A DNA stretch of 32,000 nt from Massilicoli timonensis (GTDB lineage: Bacteria; Bacillota_I; Bacilli_A; Erysipelotrichales; Erysipelotrichaceae). Below, one piece after another: positions 10,775-18,636 of this stretch. Position 1 is the stretch's first letter. Each line of letters begins with the position of its first letter. The notes beneath the pieces were generated by a model, which was not told the DNA's origin, ran no database searches, and saw only the letters and a list, made by a program, of their open reading frames with translations. Both the position numbers and the translations under genes were made by a program. The stretch lies in NCBI RefSeq assembly GCF_900199515.1, contig NZ_LT963434.1, forward strand, positions 453,272 through 485,271, given 5' to 3'.

Positions 10775-12151
10775 CTACTTACTTCCTTTCAATGCTTCTA
10801 CCACTTCATCTAAATGCATGCCTCTTGACCCTTTGATCAGCATCGCACACGTTTTTTTCAAATAAGGCTTCAAATATTCGATCAGTTCCGCATGCGTCGT
10901 AAAATGAAAGCATGGGCAGGACAAGGCATTGCTTGCCCCCTGACAAAGAAATGCGCTTAATTCGCCATATGTCAGCACCTCATCGACCGCATGCTTTGCC
11001 AGTTCTTTGCCACAGTGATAATGGATCATGATCTCCTCTTCGCCAAGATCTAACATATCGCCTAACACGACGATCTTATAAGGCGCCTGTATCGTATCAA
11101 AAGTATCCAGCGCCGCTTCCACGCTTTGCGGATTGGATTTATAAGAATCATTCAATACGAGCATTTCCCCGATCTGCATCACCTCATTGCGCAGACCGGT
11201 TTTTTCTACGTGGTTTAATCCACGCTGGATTGCTTCATCACACATGCCCAAAGCAAATCCCGCTAACATCGCCGCCGCCGCATTGCAGGCATTGTGTGCC
11301 CCGATCATGTCCAGTTCATAGCGCTGTGCTTCCTGATTGATGCTGAAGGAAATATGATCCATAGATGTCGCCAACGCCGTGATCTGTAAATCATTTCCCG
11401 GCTGGATCCCAAAGGTTGCCAGCTCGATGTCATCCCGTTCCAGCCTTGCCACCGCATCCCGCAGCACCTTTTGATCGCCGTTATAGATCAACAGCCCTTT
11501 TGGCTTCATCGCCTTTACGATCTTGCACTTGGCAATGGCGATATTTTCCTTTGATCCCATATTGACCAAATGCGCTTCACCGATATTGGTGATGATCGCA
11601 ATATCCGGCTGTACCATTTCACTCAGCAGATCCATTTCATCCATCGTTTCGATGCCCATCTCCACGACGGCTGCCTGCGCATCGTCCGCTAAGGCAAGCA
11701 AAGTGAGCGGTACGCCGATCTCATTATTTTGATTGCCCAGCGTTTTATAGGTGCGATAGGTTTGTGAAAGGATCGATGCCGCAATATCCTTCGTGCTCGT
11801 TTTCCCATTGCTGCCGGTAATACCGATGATGCGGCATGACAACTGCTCGCGATACGCCTTTGCCAAACGCTGCAATGCGTCTAACGTATCATCGACGATG
11901 AGTACCGGAATATCAGCGGGCGGATTGGGTACATCTCGTTTCCAAAGCGTTGCTGCCACACCCCCTTGAATCGCCTCTTTGACAAACGCATGACCATCTG
12001 CCCTGGCCCCGATGAGCGGCACATACAGATTTCCCGCAACTGCTTTACGGCTGTCGATGCAGACCCCCTTGATCTGTACATTCATATTCCCCTGTTCTAT
12101 ATAGTCCGCATCCAACATGCGAATGATCGCTTCTAAGCTTCTTGTAATCAT
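10775..12151 (-). CDS. murF: UDP-N-acetylmuramoyl-tripeptide--D-alanyl-D-alanine ligase
   Basis: Mur ligase P-loop ITGSNGKTSTKD and a MurF-like C-terminal domain (NDSYKSNPQS, VLGDMLDLGEEE). The start is moved to the ATG at 12151 (MITRSLEAI...), preceded by SD GGAAAGGA. The longer track ORF would span the promoter. Confidence 0.9.
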   Translation of the reverse strand: MITRSLEAIIRMLDADYIEQGNMNVQIKGVCIDSRKAVAGNLYVPLIGARADGHAFVKEAIQGGVAATLWKRDVPNPPADIPVLIVDDTLDALQRLAKAYREQLSCRIIGITGSNGKTSTKDIAASILSQTYRTYKTLGNQNNEIGVPLTLLALADDAQAAVVEMGIETMDEMDLLSEMVQPDIAIITNIGEAHLVNMGSKENIAIAKCKIVKAMKPKGLLIYNGDQKVLRDAVARLERDDIELATFGIQPGNDLQITALATSMDHISFSINQEAQRYELDMIGAHNACNAAAAMLAGFALGMCDEAIQRGLNHVEKTGLRNEVMQIGEMLVLNDSYKSNPQSVEAALDTFDTIQAPYKIVVLGDMLDLGEEEIMIHYHCGKELAKHAVDEVLTYGELSAFLCQGASNALSCPCFHFTTHAELIEYLKPYLKKTCAMLIKGSRGMHLDEVVEALKGSK

Positions 12152-12203
12152 TGTTTCATCCTTTCCGATATTTCGGGCATCAGAAAACCCAACTGTCTGC
12201 TTT

Positions 12204-12212
12204 ATTATAGCA
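12204..12212 (-). promoter_or_regulatory. extended -10 promoter of the murF operon
   Basis: Minus strand TGCTATAAT, about 50 nt upstream of the murF ATG. The -35 is weak. Confidence 0.5.
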
Positions 12213-12281
12213 TATTTTCCCCGCATACAAATCAAGAATCGAAAGAACCGTATGATTTTATATGATCACCGCAAAAAAGCA

Positions 12282-12310
12282 TTGCCTTTTTTCCTTTGCT
12301 TTGCTATGGT
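12282..12310 (+). promoter_or_regulatory. promoter of the RluA-family gene (possibly producing a leaderless mRNA)
   Basis: TTGCCT (12282-12287), 17-nt spacer, TATGGT (12305-12310). The first ATG (12317) is 7 nt after the -10 and has no SD. Confidence 0.4.
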
Positions 12311-12316
12311 ATTGTC

Positions 12317-13228
12317 ATGAAAAACAAATACTATTACCCGAGCGAAGAACTGCTTGCTGCTTTTTCGACGATACAGGATTTCTTCGACGCTTACATCCCA
12401 TCCAAAAAATACCAGCATCTTTTGATCCAAAATAAATGGATCTTATTAGATGGAAAACCGGTGAATCGAAGAACGCCGTTAAAAGGCAGGCTTTCCTTGC
12501 GCTTATATGCAGACAGCGCGGTGATCAAGCCGCTTTCACATACAGAACCTTTGATCCAAGATGATTTTGTTCTTTATGAGGACGCCTTTTTATTGGCTGT
12601 TTATAAACAAAGCGAGCTGTTGGTGCATGATGACGGGAACGCCGCGATCACTTTATGTGATCTGGTCGCGCGCTATTTTTACGACACTGGCCAGGCATGT
12701 GCCATTCATCCGCTGCATCGCCTGGATTATGATACCAGCGGCATCGTTTTATTTTGTAAAAGTGAAATCTTGCAGCCGCTTTTTGATCAGATGATGTCTG
12801 CTAAAGCAATCAAGCGGGAGTATCTGGCAGTCGTGGAAGGATATTGGAAATGCCGATCATTTATCGTGGAGAAAGCAATCGCAAAAGATCGCCACAGCAA
12901 GAAAAGACGTGTTTCCAAACAGGGGCAATATGCCAAAACGACCTTTACCACGCTTTACTGCGATCCTAATAAACAATACAGCGTCATGCGCTGTCAATTA
13001 GCGAGTGGCAGAACACATCAGATCAGAGTGCACTGTGCCGATCAAAGACATGCGCTGTTAGGTGATCCGCTTTATGGAAAAGCGTCCAAGCGTATTGCCA
13101 GGACCGCTCTGCATGCGGATTGCTTATCCTTCTATCACCCTTTTTTACAAAAGCAGATCATCATTCATGCGGCGCTTCCCGATGATCTTGCACAATTTCT
13201 GCCAAAAGAAATGCGGAGACCACGCTGA
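12317..13228 (+). CDS. RluA-family RNA pseudouridine synthase
   Basis: Catalytic motif HRLDYDTSGIVLF, plus SGRTHQIRVH and LHA...L near the C-terminus, and an S4-like N-terminal segment. The track start at 12296 is a TTG; the first ATG is at 12317. Confidence 0.85.
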   Translation: MKNKYYYPSEELLAAFSTIQDFFDAYIPSKKYQHLLIQNKWILLDGKPVNRRTPLKGRLSLRLYADSAVIKPLSHTEPLIQDDFVLYEDAFLLAVYKQSELLVHDDGNAAITLCDLVARYFYDTGQACAIHPLHRLDYDTSGIVLFCKSEILQPLFDQMMSAKAIKREYLAVVEGYWKCRSFIVEKAIAKDRHSKKRRVSKQGQYAKTTFTTLYCDPNKQYSVMRCQLASGRTHQIRVHCADQRHALLGDPLYGKASKRIARTALHADCLSFYHPFLQKQIIIHAALPDDLAQFLPKEMRRPR

Positions 13229-13245
13229 CCGTGATCACCCGCATT

Positions 13246-14553
13246 TTATTTTTTCCCTTTTTTCACGTAATAGACAAAACCGCCCAGCGCAAGCAAGAGC
13301 ACGCCCGCGACACCCGCAGTGCCATAGCACCAAAGCATCGCCTGATCACCGCGCGTCTGTTCTTCGCTTAACTGCTCCTGCGTCGCCACATTTCCATTAT
13401 ATAACTGCAATGTCTGCTCGCTTGCTTCATACTGATAGAAAGCGGCATTGCCTTTGCCATCCATCAAATAGAGCACATAATAGTTTTCTAAAGCCTGGTT
13501 TTCGTATTTCCATCCATAGAAAGACATTTCTTCAAGCGTAAAACGCTGATAAGTCAAGCCGCTTTGCTTTTGCAGTTTCTTCGGCACATCGATCATGACG
13601 AAATTTCTTCCGCCCAACTGAATCGGACGATAGAGGGAAGTAACGCCTTCCTTTTCATCATATAAATAGAAATCCTTATGATTATCGTCATCCACTAAAT
13701 ATACCAATGTCTGCTTCGGTTCTTCACGTTCCCATGCCGATACGCTTTCCCCATTCACGCTGATGGTCTTGGCCGTAAAACCGGAAGGAATGCTCACATC
13801 GTCCACATTGCGTACAAAGCCCAGCTTCTTTCCTTGGTATTTGACAAAGACCAGCGGCTTTTCATCTACATGCACAATGATGCGATACGTTTTTGTCGTC
13901 TGATTTTCCGCGGTACAGATGATTTCCAATACATTGTCGCCTGCTTTTAGTGCCTTTTTGCCAATCCCACTGACGCTCGCTTTGGCATCGGCAGCCTGTG
14001 CATCCACTTCGATTTCGGTCGCATCGCTTGGCAGCGATATTTTATATTCCGTTACCTCCGGGGAAAATGCCGGCTGCAGCGTACCTTTGGAAACGCCCAA
14101 AGAAGCCAGAGCGTTATTGGTGCTGCGATGATCCGTTTCTGCCGGCTTCTGCGTATTACCGGAAGGCCTGCTTCCTGTGGTATTGTTATTTGGCGAAGTG
14201 ATCGCAACACTGACAGAACGGCTTTCATTGACTTCCTCCGGGGTTGTCGATGAAGTCGCCGCATCGATCGGACTGACCGTTACCCTCGTCGTTCCCGCAC
14301 TGCCGGCAGTTACCTGAAACGAACAGCCCCCGCTCATGCCGCACATCGTCGAAGCAGGAGCGCTGCCATTCTCCGTAGTGATCTGAAATAAACCTCTGGC
14401 GCCGCTGATCGTTACCGTAAATGTCCCATTAGGCGCGACACTGCCGCTGCTGGCAGACAAGCCAAAACCGACTGCCCATGCCGATACACGCATCAAAAGG
14501 CCAAATATTGCCGTGACCGCAATCACTGTTACTCTTTTTCTGTTTTTCATCAT
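13246..14553 (-). CDS. surface protein: signal peptide, Ig-like domain, Thr/Ser/Asn-rich linker, cadherin-like beta-sandwich domain, C-terminal TM anchor
   Basis: 435 aa with signal-like N-terminus (VTVIAVTAIFGLLMRVSAWA). ALASLGVSKGTLQPAFSPEVTEYKISLP...TKTYRIIVHV matches the cadherin-like beta-sandwich (PF12733) pattern. The C-terminal TM is AGVAGVLLLALGGFVYYV followed by KKGKK. The SD overlaps the amidase stop. Confidence 0.75.
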   Translation of the reverse strand: MMKNRKRVTVIAVTAIFGLLMRVSAWAVGFGLSASSGSVAPNGTFTVTISGARGLFQITTENGSAPASTMCGMSGGCSFQVTAGSAGTTRVTVSPIDAATSSTTPEEVNESRSVSVAITSPNNNTTGSRPSGNTQKPAETDHRSTNNALASLGVSKGTLQPAFSPEVTEYKISLPSDATEIEVDAQAADAKASVSGIGKKALKAGDNVLEIICTAENQTTKTYRIIVHVDEKPLVFVKYQGKKLGFVRNVDDVSIPSGFTAKTISVNGESVSAWEREEPKQTLVYLVDDDNHKDFYLYDEKEGVTSLYRPIQLGGRNFVMIDVPKKLQKQSGLTYQRFTLEEMSFYGWKYENQALENYYVLYLMDGKGNAAFYQYEASEQTLQLYNGNVATQEQLSEEQTRGDQAMLWCYGTAGVAGVLLLALGGFVYYVKKGKK

Positions 14554-14561
14554 TCTGCTCC

Positions 14562-16145
14562 TTATTTCTGATCGATCAGGGCGATTTTCATGATATGATT
14601 TTCCATCATCACATAGTCGATCGCCGATACTTTTTGATCCTGGTTAACATCTCCCGCAAAAAAGTAAGCGTCCCGCAGCGGCTGGGTCTTGACGATATGA
14701 TTTTCCAACAAGACATAATCTACCGCATTGATCTTGCCATCCCCATTCAGATCCCCCTTGATCACACATGTGAAAGCAAAGCTTTGATCCGCTTCCTCAA
14801 TCTTCAATACATCGCCGGTTACCACGATTCCATCTGTTTTTACATTTCCCGCTTTATCATACAGAGCAACGCTCCCCTCACCGCCCTGCTTTACTTTTTC
14901 CACCAATGCAAGCGGTGCGGTATTCAAGGCGATACCGGAGACCGTTTCGCTCATATAGTGCAATCCCGCGGCATTCAGATACGCTTCGCTGCCGGCCGGC
15001 GCATTTGGATCGAACTTGATTGTTTCTGCTTCTATTTTCGCATATTCCTGCGCAACGGCGCGCTTGAAGCCATCCCAGCCCATCGAATGATCGCTCATTT
15101 CGATAATATTCTGCGGACAGTTTTTCCCGGACCAGTCATGATGCTGCTTCACCGCATCCGCAGGCAAGCCCAGCTCAAATAAGATCCGTGCCGTCAATAG
15201 GGCGGCGTTCTGCTCCGCCTTTGCATAATTGCCGTCCGCATTTTCACAGATTTCGATCGCAACCGTTCTGCCATTCCCCATTCCCATGCCATCGCCGGCA
15301 TGATAAGCGATCTCGCTCATCGGCAGGCTTTGAAAGATCGAATGATCGTCTACGGTAAAATGCCATGACGTATAAGAACCGCCGTTTCCATTAGACTGTA
15401 AATTCGCATGCGCCTGTGCGTTTGCCCCGGCACTGTAATTCGCTGTATTATGGATCGTTACATACAGCGGCACCATCGGCGTATTGGCACGGTTGTTGAC
15501 TCTGATCGGAATGATCTGCCGCGTAAGGGGAATGCCGCGAATGTCATTGACGCTCAAAGTGTCGATGATCCCTTCAAAATAAGCATCACTGTCCCCTTCC
15601 CATGTGCCGTAAGCACTGTAATTCGTATTGACCCACGCATATTTCCCCGCTTCATACTCTAAATAGACCCATTCGCAGCCTACTTTCGTTACCGTGTACT
15701 TCCCCGCCGGGATCGATCCCATCTTATGCTGGTTTTGAAAGATCGGCTGTCGATAAAGCGGTCTTGCTTTATTAAACACGATCGTTCTCGGGGCGATCTC
15801 GCTGATCTCCGTTATATCGGTATTCGCATCGGCCTGATAGCTTTTGATATCGCCTAGATTTGGTACATGGTAGACAGAGATATTGCCCCTTCCCGCCTCA
15901 TATACGACGCTTCTTCGATCAGCCTGATACACCTTTCCCTGATAAGATATGATCCATGTGCCGGTGCGAAAAAAAGAAGCCCTAGCTTTTCCGCTCCCTT
16001 CACCAAAATGCTCATATCCGTTTGTCAATTCATCGTTTTGCGGTGCTGCCTCATCATCTATCTCTGTTTCATGAGCCAAAATGATCGAATTTCCCATACA
16101 GCAAAGCGCAAGCACCAAAAAGAACACAGCTTTTATCCGTTTCAC
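14562..16145 (-). CDS. secreted N-acetylmuramoyl-L-alanine amidase (Amidase_2/PGRP) with SH3b-like region and C-terminal dockerin-type repeats
   Basis: Amidase_2 core is YVTIHNTAN...SWHFTVDD...AYHAGDG...VAIEICEN...HHDWSGKNCPQ. The C-terminal duplicated Ca-binding loops are DLNGDGKINAVDYVLL and DVNQDQKVSAIDYVMM. The probable start is the GTG at 16145 (VKRIKAVFFLVLALC... signal peptide); the start is uncertain within 16145-16217. Confidence 0.85.
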   Translation of the reverse strand: MKRIKAVFFLVLALCCMGNSIILAHETEIDDEAAPQNDELTNGYEHFGEGSGKARASFFRTGTWIISYQGKVYQADRRSVVYEAGRGNISVYHVPNLGDIKSYQADANTDITEISEIAPRTIVFNKARPLYRQPIFQNQHKMGSIPAGKYTVTKVGCEWVYLEYEAGKYAWVNTNYSAYGTWEGDSDAYFEGIIDTLSVNDIRGIPLTRQIIPIRVNNRANTPMVPLYVTIHNTANYSAGANAQAHANLQSNGNGGSYTSWHFTVDDHSIFQSLPMSEIAYHAGDGMGMGNGRTVAIEICENADGNYAKAEQNAALLTARILFELGLPADAVKQHHDWSGKNCPQNIIEMSDHSMGWDGFKRAVAQEYAKIEAETIKFDPNAPAGSEAYLNAAGLHYMSETVSGIALNTAPLALVEKVKQGGEGSVALYDKAGNVKTDGIVVTGDVLKIEEADQSFAFTCVIKGDLNGDGKINAVDYVLLENHIVKTQPLRDAYFFAGDVNQDQKVSAIDYVMMENHIMKIALIDQK

Positions 16146-16231
16146 ATGATCACCTATCCCCTTATGTTTCTTATTTATTATTCTAGCTTCTTTTACAAAA
16201 TAATACAAGTATGGCAAGTGCGTTTCTCATT

Positions 16232-16254
16232 AAAAAAAGCCCTTATGAAAGGAC
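16232..16254 (-). terminator. rho-independent terminator after the PocR-domain gene
   Basis: Minus strand GUCCUU-UCAU-AAGGGC (one G-U pair) followed by U7. Confidence 0.5.
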
Positions 16255-16301
16255 ACTGTCACTTAGCTGCCCAAGCGACAGGCCCATTTCAACAAGGCTT
16301 T

Positions 16302-16811
16302 TTATACGGTAATCGTAGAACGATGATAGTGCAGATGAAAGCGAATCAAATCCTTTAACAGTTGGATCGAAGCGTCCATTTCACTTTGATTCAGCACTTT
16401 CACGACCTGAAATGCCTTTTCCATCACTTTGTCGTCCACATCATAGGTTTCTTTCAAATGACGGATCCAATCACGGCTTTCCTCTAACTGTTTACTGGAA
16501 ACCACGCCCTCCGCCATTACCACACAGCTGTTTGCGCCGTCTTTTACCGGCACTGCCCATTTGATCAGTCCCGCATGGCAGCAATACGTCATTTCCTTCT
16601 GTGCGTTTTTGACAGCATGAAAGGTTTCAAGCGTACAGATTTCACATTCCTGCAGCGCTTTTGTGCTGGTCTTTAAGCATTTACAAAAGTAATTGCGCTC
16701 ACTGGCGCTGTTGATGTCCTCGTTATCCATAACGATATAACCGCGCAAACCGGTCAATCGCTGGTAGTCGTTTAATGCTTTTTCAATACAGTATTTGAAT
16801 TCCAGATCCAT
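16302..16811 (-). CDS. stand-alone PocR ligand-binding domain protein
   Basis: Cys-rich pattern YFCKCLKTS...CEIC...YCCHAGLIKWAVPV...VVMAEG matches the PocR sensory domain. No HTH or kinase output domain is present. The ATG at 16811 (MDLEFKY) is 5 nt after SD GGGGTGA. The track start at 16841 lies within the predicted promoter. Confidence 0.7.
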   Translation of the reverse strand: MDLEFKYCIEKALNDYQRLTGLRGYIVMDNEDINSASERNYFCKCLKTSTKALQECEICTLETFHAVKNAQKEMTYCCHAGLIKWAVPVKDGANSCVVMAEGVVSSKQLEESRDWIRHLKETYDVDDKVMEKAFQVVKVLNQSEMDASIQLLKDLIRFHLHYHRSTITV

Positions 16812-16841
16812 AACATCACCCCATTCCATCCGAACTGTCAT

Positions 16842-16870
16842 ATTTTACCATTGTTTTTTATCGCATGCAA
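16842..16870 (-). promoter_or_regulatory. sigma-A-type promoter of the PocR-domain gene
   Basis: Minus strand TTGCAT (16865-16870), 17-nt spacer, extended -10 TGGTAAAAT (-10 at 16842-16847). Confidence 0.6.
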
Positions 16871-16961
16871 TACTTTATCAAACCGACACCTACGCCCCAT
16901 CGTTTCATTATCTGTGCGCTTCCTAAAGAAAAGCGCATGGCGACATGACGCCCATACGCTC

Positions 16962-17585
16962 CTACTCGTTTTCAAACGTAATGAGATCCTTTGCATAAGG
17001 CAGTGTTTCGATCCACTCACATACAACATGCCACTCCGCTAATTTATGATGCTTGCGGGCATGGTAGATATTTACCAGTGTTTCATAATTCATCGTTACC
17101 GTACGCAGCTGATTGTAGGAACTCGGCAGCAGCTGGATCATGCTGTACCAAAGCTCCTTATCTTTTGTTTCCAGATAAGCCTGTCTTAACGCCTCTAAGG
17201 TTTCGATCACCTGAGATAAAGAACGCAGCGCCGTTTCGTTCATTTTATCATGCGAACAGTCATCCATCGTAAAAGGCTTAGACGCAATTTTATGCATCGT
17301 TGAGGTGGAGTTTGCCACCGTCCCCACCTTATAGGTATCAAATTCTTTCCACCAGTAAAGCGGTGCATTGAAATCAACGGATACAAAGATCTGTCGGATA
17401 AATTTACGATGATCGCTGCCGGCTTTGGCAAGACGCTTTGCCAGATCCAAATCATTTGGTCCCAGCACATAATTGCCTTTCTCATCATAATAAGAATCCT
17501 GACGATTCCAGCTATTCATCGGATTACGGGCGCCGCGCATCGCATTTTCTAAATTCATGACGCTTGTTTTATCAATTTTAATCAT
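16962..17585 (-). CDS. ThyX (Thy1)-like fold protein lacking the canonical RHRxxS catalytic signature
   Basis: 207 aa. My by-eye alignment to flavin-dependent thymidylate synthase pairs KAGSDHRKFIRQIFVSVDFNAPLYWWKEFDTYK with the ThyX block GH-S-EH...F-I-APIFVARQWFRHR. It also pairs NYETLVNIYHARKHHKLAEW with the C-terminal NARSL-NFL-LR block. The RHR and S-x-RY residues are replaced. This is motif-level similarity only. Confidence 0.45.
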   Translation of the reverse strand: MIKIDKTSVMNLENAMRGARNPMNSWNRQDSYYDEKGNYVLGPNDLDLAKRLAKAGSDHRKFIRQIFVSVDFNAPLYWWKEFDTYKVGTVANSTSTMHKIASKPFTMDDCSHDKMNETALRSLSQVIETLEALRQAYLETKDKELWYSMIQLLPSSYNQLRTVTMNYETLVNIYHARKHHKLAEWHVVCEWIETLPYAKDLITFENE

Positions 17586-17615
17586 AACCTATCCTCTTTT
17601 CTTTATGTTTTCTTA

Positions 17616-17644
17616 ATCATAGCGTGTCTGCTTTGATATTGCAA
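17616..17644 (-). promoter_or_regulatory. sigma-A-type promoter of the ThyX-like gene
   Basis: Minus strand TTGCAA (17639-17644), 17-nt spacer, TATGAT (17616-17621), about 30 nt upstream of the SD AGAGGA. Confidence 0.65.
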
Positions 17645-17675
17645 CCGAAAAGATTAAAATCGCACTGTCCTCACA

Positions 17676-17698
17676 TAAAAAAAGGCAGCTGCCTTTTT
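17676..17698 (-). terminator. rho-independent terminator of the yitT-family gene
   Basis: Palindrome AAAAAGGCAGCTGCCTTTTT immediately after the TAA stop (17697-17699). A T8 run follows on the minus strand. Confidence 0.7.
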
Positions 17699-18572
17699 AT
17701 TCGATCGGTGCTTGATGGAAACGCCCTTCTACATATTCGGTCTTAGCGACATTGACAAATGCATTGGGGTCGATCTCTTTGATTTTGCGGATGATCTGTT
17801 TCGCCTCCCCGCGTCCTACGACCGTATAAAGAAGCGTATGTTTTCTTCTGGAGTATGCGCCTTCCCCATCAAAGCGGGTAATGCCGTGATGGGTATAGAT
17901 CAACAATTCCTCACATAGCTGATCGGGAATGTCGGTTATGACAAACAAGGTCATCTGTTTATATTTTTGATGCAGCAGATTGATGACCTGTGTAGAACAA
18001 AACTGAAAGATAATGGAATAAAGCGCCTTATCCCAGCCGAACAAATAGCCGGCGATGATCAAAACGCATACATTAAAGGCAAATACATAGTTCCAGGTGG
18101 AAAGGTTGGTCTTCACGCTGACTGACATTGCGATAAAATCCGTACCGCCGCTGCTGGCATTGCCCTTTAAGGCGATCGAAATTGCCAAACCGTTGAAAAT
18201 ACCGCCGAATACGCCGATCAGCAACGGATCATACGTAATGGAAGAAAGCGGAAGCACATCGACAAATACGCTGGATAATCCGATCATCAGACAGGAAAAC
18301 AGGGTAAACTTTTTACCGATGATCTTATAAGCGATGATCGCCGGCACCACATTCAATAAAATGTTGATTGCGGTAAAAGGTACTTCCAGATTAAAGAAAG
18401 TTGAAAAAATACGCTGGATCAAAATGGTCAGACCGTTGAAGCCGCTTGGAAAAAGCCCGCCGGCATTGACGAAACTGTTGATGTTGAGCGCTGAGATCAG
18501 CGCACCGGCAACGACGCAAAGAAGCGTTAATGCAACCGGCTGTTTTTTATACATGTACTCACTTTGGGCCAT
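17697..18572 (-). CDS. YitT-family membrane protein (DUF2179 C-terminal domain)
   Basis: 291 aa. The N-terminal half has 5-6 hydrophobic helices with NAGGLFPSGFNGLTILI. The soluble C-terminal domain reads ITDIPDQLCEELL...GITRFDGEGAYS, typical of YitT/DUF2179. Confidence 0.8.
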   Translation of the reverse strand: MAQSEYMYKKQPVALTLLCVVAGALISALNINSFVNAGGLFPSGFNGLTILIQRIFSTFFNLEVPFTAINILLNVVPAIIAYKIIGKKFTLFSCLMIGLSSVFVDVLPLSSITYDPLLIGVFGGIFNGLAISIALKGNASSGGTDFIAMSVSVKTNLSTWNYVFAFNVCVLIIAGYLFGWDKALYSIIFQFCSTQVINLLHQKYKQMTLFVITDIPDQLCEELLIYTHHGITRFDGEGAYSRRKHTLLYTVVGRGEAKQIIRKIKEIDPNAFVNVAKTEYVEGRFHQAPIE

Positions 18573-18608
18573 AACTATATCCTCATTTCCCCTGCCTAAG
18601 CTATCCTT

Positions 18609-18636
18609 ATTATACTCAAAATTCTCACATATGCAA
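18609..18636 (-). promoter_or_regulatory. sigma-A-type promoter of the yitT-family gene
   Basis: Minus strand TTGCAT (18631-18636), 16-nt spacer, TATAAT (18609-18614), about 35 nt before the ATG. Confidence 0.55.

Noticed and set aside
12152-12235. N-terminal extensions given by the ORF track for murF (12235), the amidase (16217), PocR (16841), MATE (20232), MFS (7236), alr (9700), rluA-like (12296) and the transposases (25895/28263).
   Set aside because: Several of these track starts are GTG/TTG codons translated as M, and some lie inside predicted promoters. Internal ATG (or GTG) codons with properly spaced SD sequences fit better. The amidase start remains the least certain.
13246-16217. 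The amidase as a prophage endolysin or prophage remnant.
   Set aside because: There is no holin, tail, capsid, integrase or att-like repeats nearby. The protein has a signal peptide and a dockerin tail, which fits a secreted host autolysin.
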